A stretch of DNA of 64,000 nt from an uncultured bacterium (GCA_965368975.1 CBDUPA010000002.1:96001-160000), one strand, 5' to 3'; shown: positions 9,953-20,803, counted from the stretch's first letter. Made by a program: numbers and translations. The notes: a model not told the origin generated them from the letters alone.

Positions 9953-10669
9953 ATGAGCCAGAGCCCGCGTCCCAAATTCACCTTTCTCGGCCACGCCACA
10001 GTGCGCTGCGACCTGCCGAGTGGGGAGGTCGTGCTGATCGACCCGTGGGTGAGCGGTAACCCGAGCTGCCCCGATGCCAACAAGGACTTCGACCGCATTG
10101 ATGCGATGCTGATCACCCACTCGCACGCCGATCACATGGCAGATGCCGTCGAGTTGGCCAAGCGGTTCAAGCCCAAGAAGGTCGTGGCTACCTACGAGCT
10201 GTGCCAGTGGCTCAGCAGCAAGGGAGTCGAGAACTGCTCCGGCATGAACCTGGGCGGCAGTCAGGAGGTGCTGGGCCTGCGCGTCAGCATGGTGCGAGCT
10301 GACCATTCGAGCAGCTTGGAAGAGGACGGCATGCTGCTGGACGGTGGCGTCGCCAGTGGCTTCGTGGTCAAGATGAGCACCGGCTACACCTTCTACCACG
10401 CGGGCGACACCGCACTGTTCTCGGACATGAACCTGATCGGAGAACTGTACCGGCCCGAACTCGCCTTCCTACCGATCGGCGACCTGTTCACCATGGATCC
10501 GCACCAGGCTGCCCGGGCCTGCCGTTTCCTCGGTGTCAGCCGCGTCGTACCGATCCACTGGGGAACGTTCCCCTTGCTCACCGGCACGCCGGAGCAGCTG
10601 AAGCAAGAGCTGCGGGATCTCGGCGCCAACTGCGAGGTGATCCGCCTCGAGCCCGGGGATAGCCACTGA
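9953..10669 (+). CDS. Metallo-beta-lactamase-fold hydrolase (UPF0173-like)
   Basis: FLGHA, LIDPW, THSHADH, YHAGDT, PIHWGTFP. AGGAG RBS. Confidence 0.92.
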   Translation: MSQSPRPKFTFLGHATVRCDLPSGEVVLIDPWVSGNPSCPDANKDFDRIDAMLITHSHADHMADAVELAKRFKPKKVVATYELCQWLSSKGVENCSGMNLGGSQEVLGLRVSMVRADHSSSLEEDGMLLDGGVASGFVVKMSTGYTFYHAGDTALFSDMNLIGELYRPELAFLPIGDLFTMDPHQAARACRFLGVSRVVPIHWGTFPLLTGTPEQLKQELRDLGANCEVIRLEPGDSH

Positions 10670-10818
10670 TCAAGCCAGTCGAGCCTCCCTCCTGGCCACC
10701 ATCCGCGCAGCGGCGCAATCGGGAATTTTGCAGTGACGATCCGTCCAAACCTTTGAAAGGCGTGGAGATTCTTCGCTTCTAAAGCTCAGGTATCCAGAGT
10801 GTAGAGAGGAGCACCGAC

Positions 10819-12789
10819 GTGCACGGACGATTTCGATTTGCCTTCAGCGCCCCATCCATTCTCCTGCTCAGTTCGGTGCTTTCGCTGCCAGCGCCGCCGG
10901 CACATGCGTCCTGCCCGGGCTCTGCCGCCGACGACTCTCCCGCCTTCGGTGCCGATCGCCAGTTGTGGGGCGAGCTGCGCCCGATGGATCCCGGACAGCT
11001 ACCCGCGGAGCGGGACAACTCTGACTTCAACCAGTTCGGCAGCTGGCTGAGCAACCCGTACTTCCAGTCGCTGGACATCGAGAACGGCTGGCTCTTCACC
11101 GCGGCCAGTCAACGCTTCCAGGTCTGGAACACCACACCAGACCCTGGGCAGCCCCAGCTCACCGCTGACATCGGCATCGACCGGATGGACCTCCTGTGGG
11201 GAGCCGACGCACACGCCTTCCTCATCTTCCAGGACGTCGATGCACCACCAGGCCGCGACGATATCGTCGCCCTGGTGGGCCACTTCGGCACTGGCTTGGT
11301 GGTCTTCGATACCGCGGACAAGGCTGACCCCAGAGTCATCTACCAGGACTCCGGCCCAGGCAATCCGCCGGTACGGAAGACCCCCCAGGTTTACAGCACC
11401 GAGATCGGCGGCCGAGCCTACGCTTTCGTCGCCGCTAAGAGTTCCTCGGGCGGCCTGCTGGTCTACGACCTCGACGCCGCCCGCGAGTTCTATGCCAACA
11501 ATCAGACCCGCTGCGTAGAGCAACATCCGCAACAGGATTGTGCCGGTGTCTTCCTGGGGCGTATCGGAAGCGACGAGGCTGCCGAGTTCGTCGACGGTAC
11601 GGGTTCCTACGTAGCCGTCTCCTCGATCGCCAACCCTTACGGGGTCAAGATCTGGGACGTCAGCAACCCGAACTCCCCTTCGTTGCTGCTGGATGACCTG
11701 CCTGACGATCTGGTCTGGGGGGTTGCCCTTTGGCAGGATGGAGGTAGCTACTACCTGGCACTACGCACTATCTTCGAACTGCGCATCTACGACGTCACCT
11801 GTATAGCCCAGGGGCCGTGCCAGCTGGGAAGCGCCATCTGGAGTCAAGCCGCGGACTTCCCGTCACAAGCTGGCCTGGGCACAGTGACCCATAGCTGGTC
11901 CGAAGAAACCCCCATCCTCTACTGGGGAGGCAGCAGGAATTGTCCGCTGTTCCCGCAAGACGAGTGGCTGCAAGACGTCAGCAATCCAGCGGCCCCACGC
12001 GAGATCTCGCCACCGGACCAGGTCATGGTTGGCGAGGATACCGTCACCTATTGGTCCTGGTACTACCCGTCACACAACTACTCCGGCTATTTCCAAGTCA
12101 AGCCGCTGGCCGGTAAGTTCCACGGCCCCTACTTCTATCGCGCCGCCTTCAGCCTCCTCGACGTGCACCAATGGACCACGATGCTTCCCCCGGTCGCCGA
12201 GTTCACGGTGTCGTCAAATCCAGCCTTCGTGGGCCGCGACCTCGACCTGACCGATATCTCGATCGGCCTGCCGCAGAACTGGGACTGGACCTTTGCACCG
12301 GACGCAACCCCAACCTCCTCGACCAACCAGCATCCGAGCACGGTGTTCAGCACGCCTGGCGTCAAGACGATCTCACTCGAAGTGCAGAACGCCGTTGGCA
12401 CCGACACCACGAGCCTGCAGCTCGAGGTGCAGAACCCGGAGCCGGCAAGCAGCGGTATCGCCGCCTCGACCACGGCGGCGCAGGTGTGCCAGACGCTGAT
12501 CTTCACGGCCCAAGACGTCACCGGCGAGCCGCCGCTCACAGTCACCTGGAAGGTTCTGGACGACCAAGACCTGACCGTCACCACCGGCACAGGCAACCCC
12601 TTCATCTGGAAAACACCGACCACGACAACGGCCGGCACCTACAGCGCCGAGGTCACCGTCGGCAATGCACTCGGTGAAGCCGTCCAGACGATCGAACTTC
12701 ACCTCGCGAACCCGGCCCATGGCCTGACGGCTCTGCACTGCGACGCATTCGAGCTGGGTGACCTGGGCGCCTGGAGCAGCACCCTGTAA
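10819..12789 (+). CDS. Secreted protein with propeller-like N-terminal region and PKD domain(s)
   Basis: Signal peptide, WDVSNP/DVSNPAAP repeats, PKD-like PVAEFT..WDWTF..FSTPGVKTISLEVQN, C-terminal CDAFELGDLGAWSS. Confidence 0.75.
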   Translation: MHGRFRFAFSAPSILLLSSVLSLPAPPAHASCPGSAADDSPAFGADRQLWGELRPMDPGQLPAERDNSDFNQFGSWLSNPYFQSLDIENGWLFTAASQRFQVWNTTPDPGQPQLTADIGIDRMDLLWGADAHAFLIFQDVDAPPGRDDIVALVGHFGTGLVVFDTADKADPRVIYQDSGPGNPPVRKTPQVYSTEIGGRAYAFVAAKSSSGGLLVYDLDAAREFYANNQTRCVEQHPQQDCAGVFLGRIGSDEAAEFVDGTGSYVAVSSIANPYGVKIWDVSNPNSPSLLLDDLPDDLVWGVALWQDGGSYYLALRTIFELRIYDVTCIAQGPCQLGSAIWSQAADFPSQAGLGTVTHSWSEETPILYWGGSRNCPLFPQDEWLQDVSNPAAPREISPPDQVMVGEDTVTYWSWYYPSHNYSGYFQVKPLAGKFHGPYFYRAAFSLLDVHQWTTMLPPVAEFTVSSNPAFVGRDLDLTDISIGLPQNWDWTFAPDATPTSSTNQHPSTVFSTPGVKTISLEVQNAVGTDTTSLQLEVQNPEPASSGIAASTTAAQVCQTLIFTAQDVTGEPPLTVTWKVLDDQDLTVTTGTGNPFIWKTPTTTTAGTYSAEVTVGNALGEAVQTIELHLANPAHGLTALHCDAFELGDLGAWSSTL

Positions 12790-12864
12790 CCCTCGGCGAC
12801 GGCGGGACCGCCGAAACCGATGCAGTGGTCTGTGGGTGGGACAGTCTGCTAGCATCGGAGCTGT

Positions 12865-13935
12865 ATGCTGAAACAACTGAGCCTCGCCGTACTACTGCTC
12901 GTCCCCGTGTGGACCGCTCCTTTGCCAGCGGCGGAGGGATCGATCTCCGGCACCGTTCGCGACGCTGACGGTAACCCCTTGGAAGGGGTCAAGGTGACCG
13001 TGCAGGCTGTGACCGGCGCAGAAGTGCAGATGGCGGTGAAGACCAACAGTCACGGAAAGTATCGGGCTGTTCTGCCCTACTTCAGCCGCGCTTTCCACTT
13101 CAGCCTGGAAAAAGACGGCTTCTTCACCCTTTCCGAGACCATCGAGCTAAATTTCACGCGGTCCAACGAGGTATTCAATGAGCGCCAGGACTTCGTCCTG
13201 CAGCCGCTACCGGAAGGCTTCGAGAGTTCCGCCGTGGTACGAGACGATGACGCCGCGCTCTACGAGTACCACCCGGCCAACGCACGGTACAACAGGGCCG
13301 CAGACTACCTGACGAAGGGCCGCCTGGCGGATGCTCGCGACCGCTTCCAAGCCATCGTCGATGAGTTTCCAGACTACGGCCGCGGCTTTACTGGTCTGGC
13401 CATGACCCACTTGCAGCTCGAAGACTACGTCGCCGCCAGCGAGGCCGCCGAGCGTGCTCTGAAGGTCTACGACCGCGACCTGCGCGCGATGCAGGTGAGA
13501 CACCAAGCCTATGCCGCCCTGGGCGACGAGCGGGCGGCGGCGACACTCGATGCCTTGCTGGCAGTGAAACCAGCGCCCGAGTTCGCGGCACTGGTCTACA
13601 ACGAGGGTGTCCGGCTACTCGAAGACGAGCACCTCGACGCCGCCGGCGCGCGATTCGAACAGGCCCTGCGCCTGGACCCCGGCAGACTCGACGCGCGGCG
13701 CGGTCACATTGACATCCTCTTCCAGCAGCAGGACTATGAGGCCGCCATCGAGGCGGCGGAAGAGTTCTTGCAGAAACAGGCATCGGACTTGCATATACTT
13801 CAGTTGCGCTACGAAGCCTACCGCGCCCTCGGCGACACTCGGAAGGCCCGCAGAGCCCGCAAGGATCTGGACGATGCACTCCAGCCCGAGGCTTCCGATA
13901 GCGACGATCCCTTCGACGACTACAACCCAGGATGA
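12865..13935 (+). CDS. Exported carboxypeptidase-regulatory-like domain + TPR protein
   Basis: Signal peptide, ISGTVRDADGNPLEGVKVTV, TPR helices (YNEGV..FEQALRLDP). Confidence 0.8.
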   Translation: MLKQLSLAVLLLVPVWTAPLPAAEGSISGTVRDADGNPLEGVKVTVQAVTGAEVQMAVKTNSHGKYRAVLPYFSRAFHFSLEKDGFFTLSETIELNFTRSNEVFNERQDFVLQPLPEGFESSAVVRDDDAALYEYHPANARYNRAADYLTKGRLADARDRFQAIVDEFPDYGRGFTGLAMTHLQLEDYVAASEAAERALKVYDRDLRAMQVRHQAYAALGDERAAATLDALLAVKPAPEFAALVYNEGVRLLEDEHLDAAGARFEQALRLDPGRLDARRGHIDILFQQQDYEAAIEAAEEFLQKQASDLHILQLRYEAYRALGDTRKARRARKDLDDALQPEASDSDDPFDDYNPG

Positions 13936-14077
13936 CCTCACCCAGAGACGGGTACACTTTCACCTGGAGACAAATCTACCCCGAGGACGCTCCCGCGTAC
14001 GGGAGCCCTATGGTGACTCCAGACCATCTGGAAGACCGCTCCGGAGCCAAGCTCCGGGAGACATATCAGGAGGAACG

Positions 14078-15364
14078 ATGAGACGCACAATCATCACCGT
14101 ATTCGCGCTGGCCCTGGTGCTGGCTCTGGGCATTCCGAGCGACCTGTGGGCCGCCGGTGAAGGCCGCATGTTCGGCACCGTCGTGGACGAGAACCAGGAG
14201 CCGATCGAAGGCGTCAAGGTAACCGTCACCTCGCCTGACTTCCCCGACTTTCGCGAAGAGCGGCTGACCAAGCGCCGCGGCACCTTCTCGATCGTCTTCG
14301 CCCGCGCCTACCTGTCCTACAACTACCGCTTTGAGAAGGACGGCTACCAGACGCTCGAGACCTCGGTGAAGACCAATCTGGGCGGTACGACGCGCAACAC
14401 CTTCGTGCTGGCGACGGAAAACACCATCCAGGTGCCGTCTGCCGACGCTGCCGCCGGCGGCGACGCCAACGCCCTGACCGTCGCTGTCTCCGAAAGCGCA
14501 CTCGCCCGCTTCAACGAAGGCGTGACCGCCTTCCAGGCCGGCGATCACGCCACCGCCGAGGCCGCCTTCAAGGAAGCGCTAGAGAAGGATCCCAACTTCT
14601 ACCAGGCCCACACCGCCCTGGCCGAGCTGTTCCTGAGCATCGATCGTCTGGAAGAAGCAGCCGCGCAGGCCGAGATGGCGCTGGGCGAGAACGCTACCGA
14701 CGCCGCTGCTCTGCGCATCCGCTACGACGCCTACCAAAAGGCTGGTAACGCCGAGAAGGCCGCCGAGGCCGCCGAGGCCTTGAAGGCCGCGGGCAACAAC
14801 ACTGAAGCCGCCAAGGCGATCTACAACGAGGGCGTCGACCTGAGCCATGCCGGCGACACCGCCGGGGCGGTGGCCAAGTTCCAGCAGGCAGTGCAGATGG
14901 ACTCGAACCTGATCCCGGCATTCAACGCCCTTGCGACGCTGTACATGCAGCAAGAGAACTGGGAAGAGGCCGCCAAGGCCGCCGAACAGCTGGTCACCCT
15001 GGAGCCCAACCACCCGCAGGCCCTACGCATCCGTGTCGACGCCTACGGCAGGCTCAGCGAGGCCGACAAGCTGCGCGATGCCCTGGTCGACCTCGGCACC
15101 GTAGACCCACAGGTCGCCGTCGAGAACCTCTACAACATGGGGATCAACCTCTACAACGAGAGCAAGACCGACGAGGCCGCGGCGATGTTCGAGAGCGCGC
15201 TGACCGTCAGCCCGGACTACCCGAAGGCGCACTACTACCTGGGTCTCGCGTACGTCAACTCGGGCAAGAACGACCTGGCCAAGCAGCACCTGGCGCGCTT
15301 CATCGAGCTGGCCCCAGAGGACAGCGAAGCGCCCCTGGCCAAGGAGATGATGAGCTACCTGTAA
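14078..15364 (+). CDS. Exported carboxypeptidase-regulatory-like domain + TPR protein (paralog)
   Basis: ATG 14078 after AGGAGG, signal peptide, GTVVDENQEPIEGVKVTV, multiple TPRs (AHYYLGLAYVN). Confidence 0.85.
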   Translation: MRRTIITVFALALVLALGIPSDLWAAGEGRMFGTVVDENQEPIEGVKVTVTSPDFPDFREERLTKRRGTFSIVFARAYLSYNYRFEKDGYQTLETSVKTNLGGTTRNTFVLATENTIQVPSADAAAGGDANALTVAVSESALARFNEGVTAFQAGDHATAEAAFKEALEKDPNFYQAHTALAELFLSIDRLEEAAAQAEMALGENATDAAALRIRYDAYQKAGNAEKAAEAAEALKAAGNNTEAAKAIYNEGVDLSHAGDTAGAVAKFQQAVQMDSNLIPAFNALATLYMQQENWEEAAKAAEQLVTLEPNHPQALRIRVDAYGRLSEADKLRDALVDLGTVDPQVAVENLYNMGINLYNESKTDEAAAMFESALTVSPDYPKAHYYLGLAYVNSGKNDLAKQHLARFIELAPEDSEAPLAKEMMSYL

Positions 15365-15417
15365 GCTCACCCCTCCCCTGAGGCAGAGTCTCCTCTGAAC
15401 GGGCGACTCGCACCTTG

Positions 15418-15453
15418 CGCCCCCGTGCCGGCTCGACCGCGCGGGGGCGTTCT
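15418..15453 (+). terminator. Possible terminator hairpin
   Basis: CGCCCCCGTGC...GCGCGGGGGCG stem with a weak T tail. Confidence 0.35.
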
Positions 15454-15540
15454 GCGTCCGGCCGCCGCGGCTGCACCGCTCTGCGCGTAACAACTGTCTC
15501 GGCCCCTGCGTAGAAGACGCTAGATGGAGAGGAGACCGTC

Positions 15541-17997
15541 ATGAAGCAGCTGTTCCAAGATCTCGTCTACGCCACCCGCATGCTGCGCAAGCGGCCCTGG
15601 GCCACCACTGTCGCCGTGCTGACGCTGGCCTTGGGCATCGGCGCCAACACCGCTATCTTCAGCGTCATCAGCGGCATCTTCCTGGAACCGATGCCGTTCC
15701 CCGAAGCTGAGCGTATCGTGGCCCTGGAGCGCGGCTACCCACAGGGCCGGGGTCCGAGCGTCTCCGAGCACAAGTACTTCTACTGGCGCCAGCAGAGCTC
15801 GTCTTTCCGCCACGTGGCGGTCTACGACTCGCTCGGCTCCGGCTTCAACCTGATCGGCGACGGCCGTCCCGAGCGTATCGCCGGCTCTCGTGTCAGCCAC
15901 GAATTCTTCGATGTCCTGGGCATTCGGCCCGCCCTCGGCCGCACCTTCCAAGCGACCGAGGATCTACCCGGCGGCCCACTGACCGTCATTCTCAGCGATG
16001 CCCTATGGAAGCGCCGTTTCGGCGCCGACACCGGCATCCTCGACCAGTCGATCGTACTCAACAACCGCTCGTACCAAGTCGTCGGCATCATGCCGCCGGG
16101 CCTGGAATACCCCGAGGGTGTCGAGTTGTGGACACCGCTGCAACTAAATCCCAACAGCGAAGAGTCCGGCCACTACCTGCTGTGCGCCGCTCGACTGGAA
16201 GACGGCGTGACGCTGGAACAAGCGCGCGCCGAGTTGGACGTCATCGGCCAGCGTTTCATCCACGAAGTCCTGGGCGAGACGGAGAGCCGGGAAAGCGTCG
16301 CCCTGACGCCACTGGTCGAGCAGCTCTATGGTGAACTACGCACGCCGTTCCTGGTCCTGATGGGTGTGGTGGTGCTGGTCCTACTGCTGGCCTGCGTCAA
16401 CGTCGCCAACTTGCAACTGGCGCGCGCCGCGGCACGCCGGCGCGAGATCGCCATCCGTACCACCCTCGGCGCTACTAGTAGTCGCATCACGCGTCAAATG
16501 CTCACCGAGAGTCTGCTGCTGGCCCTGCTCGGGGGCGGCGGCGGCCTGGTTCTGTGCGCGCTCAGCCTGCAGCCACTTCTGGCCTTGAGCCCGCAGCCCA
16601 TCCCGCGCGCCGACCAGATCGGCCTCGACCCGCGCGTCCTGCTCTTCACGCTCGTCATCGCCCTGGTCACGGGCTTGCTCTTCGGCCTGGCCCCAGCCCT
16701 GCAAACCCGCAAGCTGGATCTCAATGAGACGGTCAAGGAAGCCTCCACTGGATCCGGAGTCGGCGGTGGCAAGCGTAGCGGCCGTGGGCGCATGGCGCTG
16801 GTGGTCGCCGAGATCGCTTTGGCGCTCTTACCCATGCTCGGGGCTGGCTTGTTGATCAAGAGCTTCCTCGGTCTGCGCAACACCGATCCCGGTTTCGAGA
16901 CCGCCAGTGCCGTGCGCATGGCGCTATCGCTGTCCGAGAAGGACTACGCACACCCGCGTGCTCTCGACCAACTGCAGCGTGAGCTGATCCCGCAGCTCGA
17001 AGCCCTGCCCGGAGTCGACAGCGCCACGCTGGCGGTCGCCCTGCCGAATCAGATCGGCATGGACCTCCCCTTCAGCATCGACGGCCGCGATGGGGACGAC
17101 GCGGTCGTCGGCGGTCCGCAGTACCGACCGGTATCGCCGCACTACTTGGAAGCCATGGGCATCGAGTTGCTCCAGGGCCGTCCTTTCGACTTCCGCGACG
17201 GTGCCGACGCACCCCCCGTAGCACTGATCAACCAGCAGCTGGCCGACCTCGCCTGGCCCGAAGGCGACGCCATTGGAGCCCGCATCCGTATCGGTGCTGG
17301 CATGGGTAACACCCAGATGGGGGACACCAAAGGCCGCGAGATCGTCGGCATCGTCAGCGACGTGCGCGAGACCGGCCTGCAACGTCCTGTCCCGCCGGTA
17401 CTCTACGTGCCGCTACCGCAGATGTCGGAACGCCTGACCGCGATGGCGATCAGCATGCTACCGATGCAGCTGGCCGTGCGTGGCCAGGGCGCCCTGATGC
17501 CCTTGGCACGCAGCGTCCAGGAAGAAATCTGGGTCTACGATCCCGACCAGCCGGTCACCGACATCCAGACCCTCGACGCCTTGGTCTCTGACTCGATCGG
17601 CAACGAGCAGTTCCACATGACCCTACTCGGCATCCTCGCCGGCCTCGCGCTGTTGCTCGCCGGCGTCGGCATCTACAGCGTGCTCGCCTACCTGGTCGGC
17701 CAGCGCACGCGCGAGATCGGCATCCGCATGGCCCTCGGCGCCAGCACCCGTCGTGTCTCCCAGATGGTACTGCGCCAGGGACTGTGGGCGGTCGCCCTCG
17801 GCCTCGCCCTCGGCCTCGGTGGTGCCATCGTCGCCACCCGCGTGCTAGCCAGTCTGGTGGTCGGGGTCAGCACGACGGATCCGTTGATCTTCAGCGGCGT
17901 CTCACTGGTCCTCCTGGTCATCGCCCTGCTGGCCATGATCCTGCCGGCTCGCCGAGCGTCGAAGGTCGATCCGCTAGTCGCGCTCCGCTTCGAGTAA
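15541..17997 (+). CDS. Duplicated MacB/FtsX-type ABC permease (ADOP-type orphan permease)
   Basis: QDLVYATRMLRKRP, LTLALGIGANTAIFS, LACVNVANLQLAR, RTREIGIRMALGA, PARRASKVDPLVALR. No adjacent ATPase gene. Confidence 0.93.
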   Translation: MKQLFQDLVYATRMLRKRPWATTVAVLTLALGIGANTAIFSVISGIFLEPMPFPEAERIVALERGYPQGRGPSVSEHKYFYWRQQSSSFRHVAVYDSLGSGFNLIGDGRPERIAGSRVSHEFFDVLGIRPALGRTFQATEDLPGGPLTVILSDALWKRRFGADTGILDQSIVLNNRSYQVVGIMPPGLEYPEGVELWTPLQLNPNSEESGHYLLCAARLEDGVTLEQARAELDVIGQRFIHEVLGETESRESVALTPLVEQLYGELRTPFLVLMGVVVLVLLLACVNVANLQLARAAARRREIAIRTTLGATSSRITRQMLTESLLLALLGGGGGLVLCALSLQPLLALSPQPIPRADQIGLDPRVLLFTLVIALVTGLLFGLAPALQTRKLDLNETVKEASTGSGVGGGKRSGRGRMALVVAEIALALLPMLGAGLLIKSFLGLRNTDPGFETASAVRMALSLSEKDYAHPRALDQLQRELIPQLEALPGVDSATLAVALPNQIGMDLPFSIDGRDGDDAVVGGPQYRPVSPHYLEAMGIELLQGRPFDFRDGADAPPVALINQQLADLAWPEGDAIGARIRIGAGMGNTQMGDTKGREIVGIVSDVRETGLQRPVPPVLYVPLPQMSERLTAMAISMLPMQLAVRGQGALMPLARSVQEEIWVYDPDQPVTDIQTLDALVSDSIGNEQFHMTLLGILAGLALLLAGVGIYSVLAYLVGQRTREIGIRMALGASTRRVSQMVLRQGLWAVALGLALGLGGAIVATRVLASLVVGVSTTDPLIFSGVSLVLLVIALLAMILPARRASKVDPLVALRFE

Positions 17998-18051
17998 GAG
18001 CCTGGCTTCGAGTACGAGGCCAGAGATTTGGAGGACAGCAGGAACAACTCG

Positions 18052-19878
18052 TCAGCGCGGCTCGAGAACCTCCGCATGCCCCGGACCGCGACGATCACGC
18101 GCTCCCTCCAGGCTACCGTCAGCATGACGCCGGGCGGCCTGGATCTTGGGCACATGCTCGGACGGCACCAGCTCGTGACCACGACGCGCGAGTTCGGCTT
18201 GGGCCTCGGCGTCGAGGGTTCCCTCTTCGAACTCGACGCGATCAGGCAACCATTGGTGGTGCAGACGGGGACGGCTCACAGCCTCCTGGAGCGACAAGTC
18301 GTCGATCAACACGCCGAGCAATACTTGCAGCGTGCCCGTCGGGATACGCGAGCCACCGCGGCCTCCGATGACGATGAGTTCGTCCTGCTTGACTCCTTCG
18401 TTCGCACTCTCGACGGGGCGCCAAGCGACCGTCGGGCTCATCGATGACAGCATGCGCTTGCCGGGGCGAACCATGTTCGCCTCACCCTGGATCAGACCGT
18501 AGAAGTTGGGACGGCCCGGAGCGGTGGCGAAGTCGTCCATCTGGTTGTTCAGAAAGCCAACCTCGGGCACGTAGAGACCGCTGCCGAAGTAGTCGTTGAG
18601 GGTGGTCGTGAGCGCCACCGCATTGCCCTCGGCATCGATGACCGAAAGGTGCGTTGTCTCTGTCGACTCCTGCTGGGCAGATGCACCCAGGCTTTCCTCC
18701 CCCGGCCACCACGGCACGGCGGTCGACTCAGTGGCTGTGGATCGCGAGATCGACGCCTGACGACGCTGCAACCACTCGGCAGCAAGGAGCTGGTCGGGTT
18801 GGGCACCAGTCGTATCCGGATCACCGAGCAGGTAGCGGTCGGCAAAGCTGACGCGGAGCACTTCGCTGAGCACGTGCGCACGTTCGACGCTGCCGACCGG
18901 CAGCGATTCCCAATCCAGTGCATCGAGCAGTTGCAAGCTCTGGCCCAGAATGACGCCACCTGACGACGGCAGCGACATCGACGCAAAGTGCCAGCCAAAG
19001 GCTTCGAACTGCACTGGTTCGCGCCAGACAGCACGGTAGTTCTTCAAGTCGTCGAGCGTCAAGATGCCGCCATACCTCTGCGACGCCGCGACAATGGCCT
19101 CACCCGCTGGACCAGCGGTGATGCCTTCGGGACCGTGCTCGGCGTAAGCGTCGAGAGTCGGGATCATGCGCCGCTGCGCGACACGCTGGCCGAGCTTCAG
19201 AGGGCCACCACCCCACAGCCATGGATCCTCGTTCTCAGGGAAGCGAGCCAGCGTCTCGTGCTTCTTGGTCAGTCGCTCGTGCAGGTTGCCATCGACAATG
19301 AAGCCATGGTGCGCGATGTAGCGAGCGGGAGCGATGACATCCGGCCAGGGAAGGCGCCCGAAGCGCTCGTGCAGACGATAGAGCCCGTCCGGTGTGCCGG
19401 GAACTCCCGTAGCCAGCGGACCAACGCGCGAAGCCTTTGTGATCGGCTCACCGTCGGCGTCGAGGTACATCGTCGCCGACGCACCGGCGGGTGCGACCTC
19501 GCGAAAATCGAGGCTGTAGAGCACACCGTCGACGCGTAGCACCGCGAAGCCGCCACCTGCGAGGTTGCCGGCCTCGGGAAAGACGACCGCCAGCGCCAGC
19601 GCCGTGCCTACTGCCGCATCGATGGCATTGCCGCCCTGGCGCAGCAGCTGTAAGCCAGCGTCGGTGGCCATCAGGTGCTCTGAGGCGACCACACCGCCCA
19701 GCCTCGTTTGCTCGGCGGCGGGCACCTCCGGTGCCGGAGCTACGTCACCCCGCACCGGTGCTTGGGGTGTCACCGGCGGATCTGCCCACGTCGGCCCCCA
19801 CGTCGAAGCGCCCGCCAGCAGCAAGAGCGTCCACAGAAGAACTCCCGGTACCCGAGAAACGCGCGACATCCAGCTCAT
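18052..19878 (-). CDS. ggt: Gamma-glutamyltransferase
   Basis: GGNAIDAAV, LDFREVAP, ETTHLSVID (Ntn nucleophile Thr), NNQMDDF, PGKRMLSSMSP, RLHHQWLPD. Confidence 0.95.
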   Translation of the reverse strand: MSWMSRVSRVPGVLLWTLLLLAGASTWGPTWADPPVTPQAPVRGDVAPAPEVPAAEQTRLGGVVASEHLMATDAGLQLLRQGGNAIDAAVGTALALAVVFPEAGNLAGGGFAVLRVDGVLYSLDFREVAPAGASATMYLDADGEPITKASRVGPLATGVPGTPDGLYRLHERFGRLPWPDVIAPARYIAHHGFIVDGNLHERLTKKHETLARFPENEDPWLWGGGPLKLGQRVAQRRMIPTLDAYAEHGPEGITAGPAGEAIVAASQRYGGILTLDDLKNYRAVWREPVQFEAFGWHFASMSLPSSGGVILGQSLQLLDALDWESLPVGSVERAHVLSEVLRVSFADRYLLGDPDTTGAQPDQLLAAEWLQRRQASISRSTATESTAVPWWPGEESLGASAQQESTETTHLSVIDAEGNAVALTTTLNDYFGSGLYVPEVGFLNNQMDDFATAPGRPNFYGLIQGEANMVRPGKRMLSSMSPTVAWRPVESANEGVKQDELIVIGGRGGSRIPTGTLQVLLGVLIDDLSLQEAVSRPRLHHQWLPDRVEFEEGTLDAEAQAELARRGHELVPSEHVPKIQAARRHADGSLEGARDRRGPGHAEVLEPR

Positions 19879-20005
19879 CTTCAATCTCCTCAATCTCAGC
19901 TTCGACCTGCTCGGGTCAATCGACCCGTCTACATACCGTCAGCATTCTACAGCTGCCGTACAATGCTCGTCGCCACACCTACCCGACGCTGCCGAGGAGA
20001 CACTC

Positions 20006-20803
20006 ATGCTACGAACACTCGCTACTCTCACGCTATCGATTCTCGCCACCACCGCGGTGTTACCGGTACAGGATGCCACCGCATCCAGCAGCGCGCTTCC
20101 CAGCGCCGACGAAGTCCTACAGCGCTCGATCGCCTACCACGACCCGGACGGTCTGTGGTTCGAGTCGACCTGGCGCCTGACGCTGCGCGAGACACGTCCG
20201 AGCGGTCCTGACCGGCATTCCACCGTCGTCATCGACTATCCCGACAACCGCTTCGAGCTCGAGCAGCGGGTAACAGTCGAGGAGATCGAGTACAACCTTG
20301 AACAGCGGGTGGACTCCGACGGCAGCTGCACCTTTCGCGTCGACGGCTCGACGGATATCTCGGACGCCCAGCGAGAGAAGCTGCGCTTGAACTGCGAGCG
20401 CCTGAGCCTGCTGCGTAACTACTACACCTACCTGTGGGGCCTGCCGATGAAGCTGCGCGACCCGGGAACGCGCATCGACCCCGAGGTGAAGGCCCAGGGC
20501 TTCGAAGACGTGCCGGTCTACTCACTACGCGTCACCTATGACGAAGCCGTCGGCAGCGACATCTGGTATTTCTACTTCCGGCGTGACGACTACGCTCTGA
20601 TCGGCTACCGCTTCTACCACGACGAAGCCGCCAACGACGGCGAGGTGATCCAGCTGGCGCACGAACTCGACGCCCGGAGTGAGGCAGGTTTGTGCCTGCC
20701 CAAGGAACGCGCCTGGTTCACCCACGGCGAGGGTCGCTTCCTGGGCACCGACATCCTGGTCGACATCGAGCGACTGAACACCGCTGCGGGCGGAGGCGAG
20801 TAA
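20006..20803 (+). CDS. Exported DUF6503-like protein
   Basis: ATG 20006 after GAGGAG, signal peptide, RSIAYHDPDG, RNYYTYLWGLPMKLRDPG, VGSDIWYFYF. Confidence 0.75.
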   Translation: MLRTLATLTLSILATTAVLPVQDATASSSALPSADEVLQRSIAYHDPDGLWFESTWRLTLRETRPSGPDRHSTVVIDYPDNRFELEQRVTVEEIEYNLEQRVDSDGSCTFRVDGSTDISDAQREKLRLNCERLSLLRNYYTYLWGLPMKLRDPGTRIDPEVKAQGFEDVPVYSLRVTYDEAVGSDIWYFYFRRDDYALIGYRFYHDEAANDGEVIQLAHELDARSEAGLCLPKERAWFTHGEGRFLGTDILVDIERLNTAAGGGE

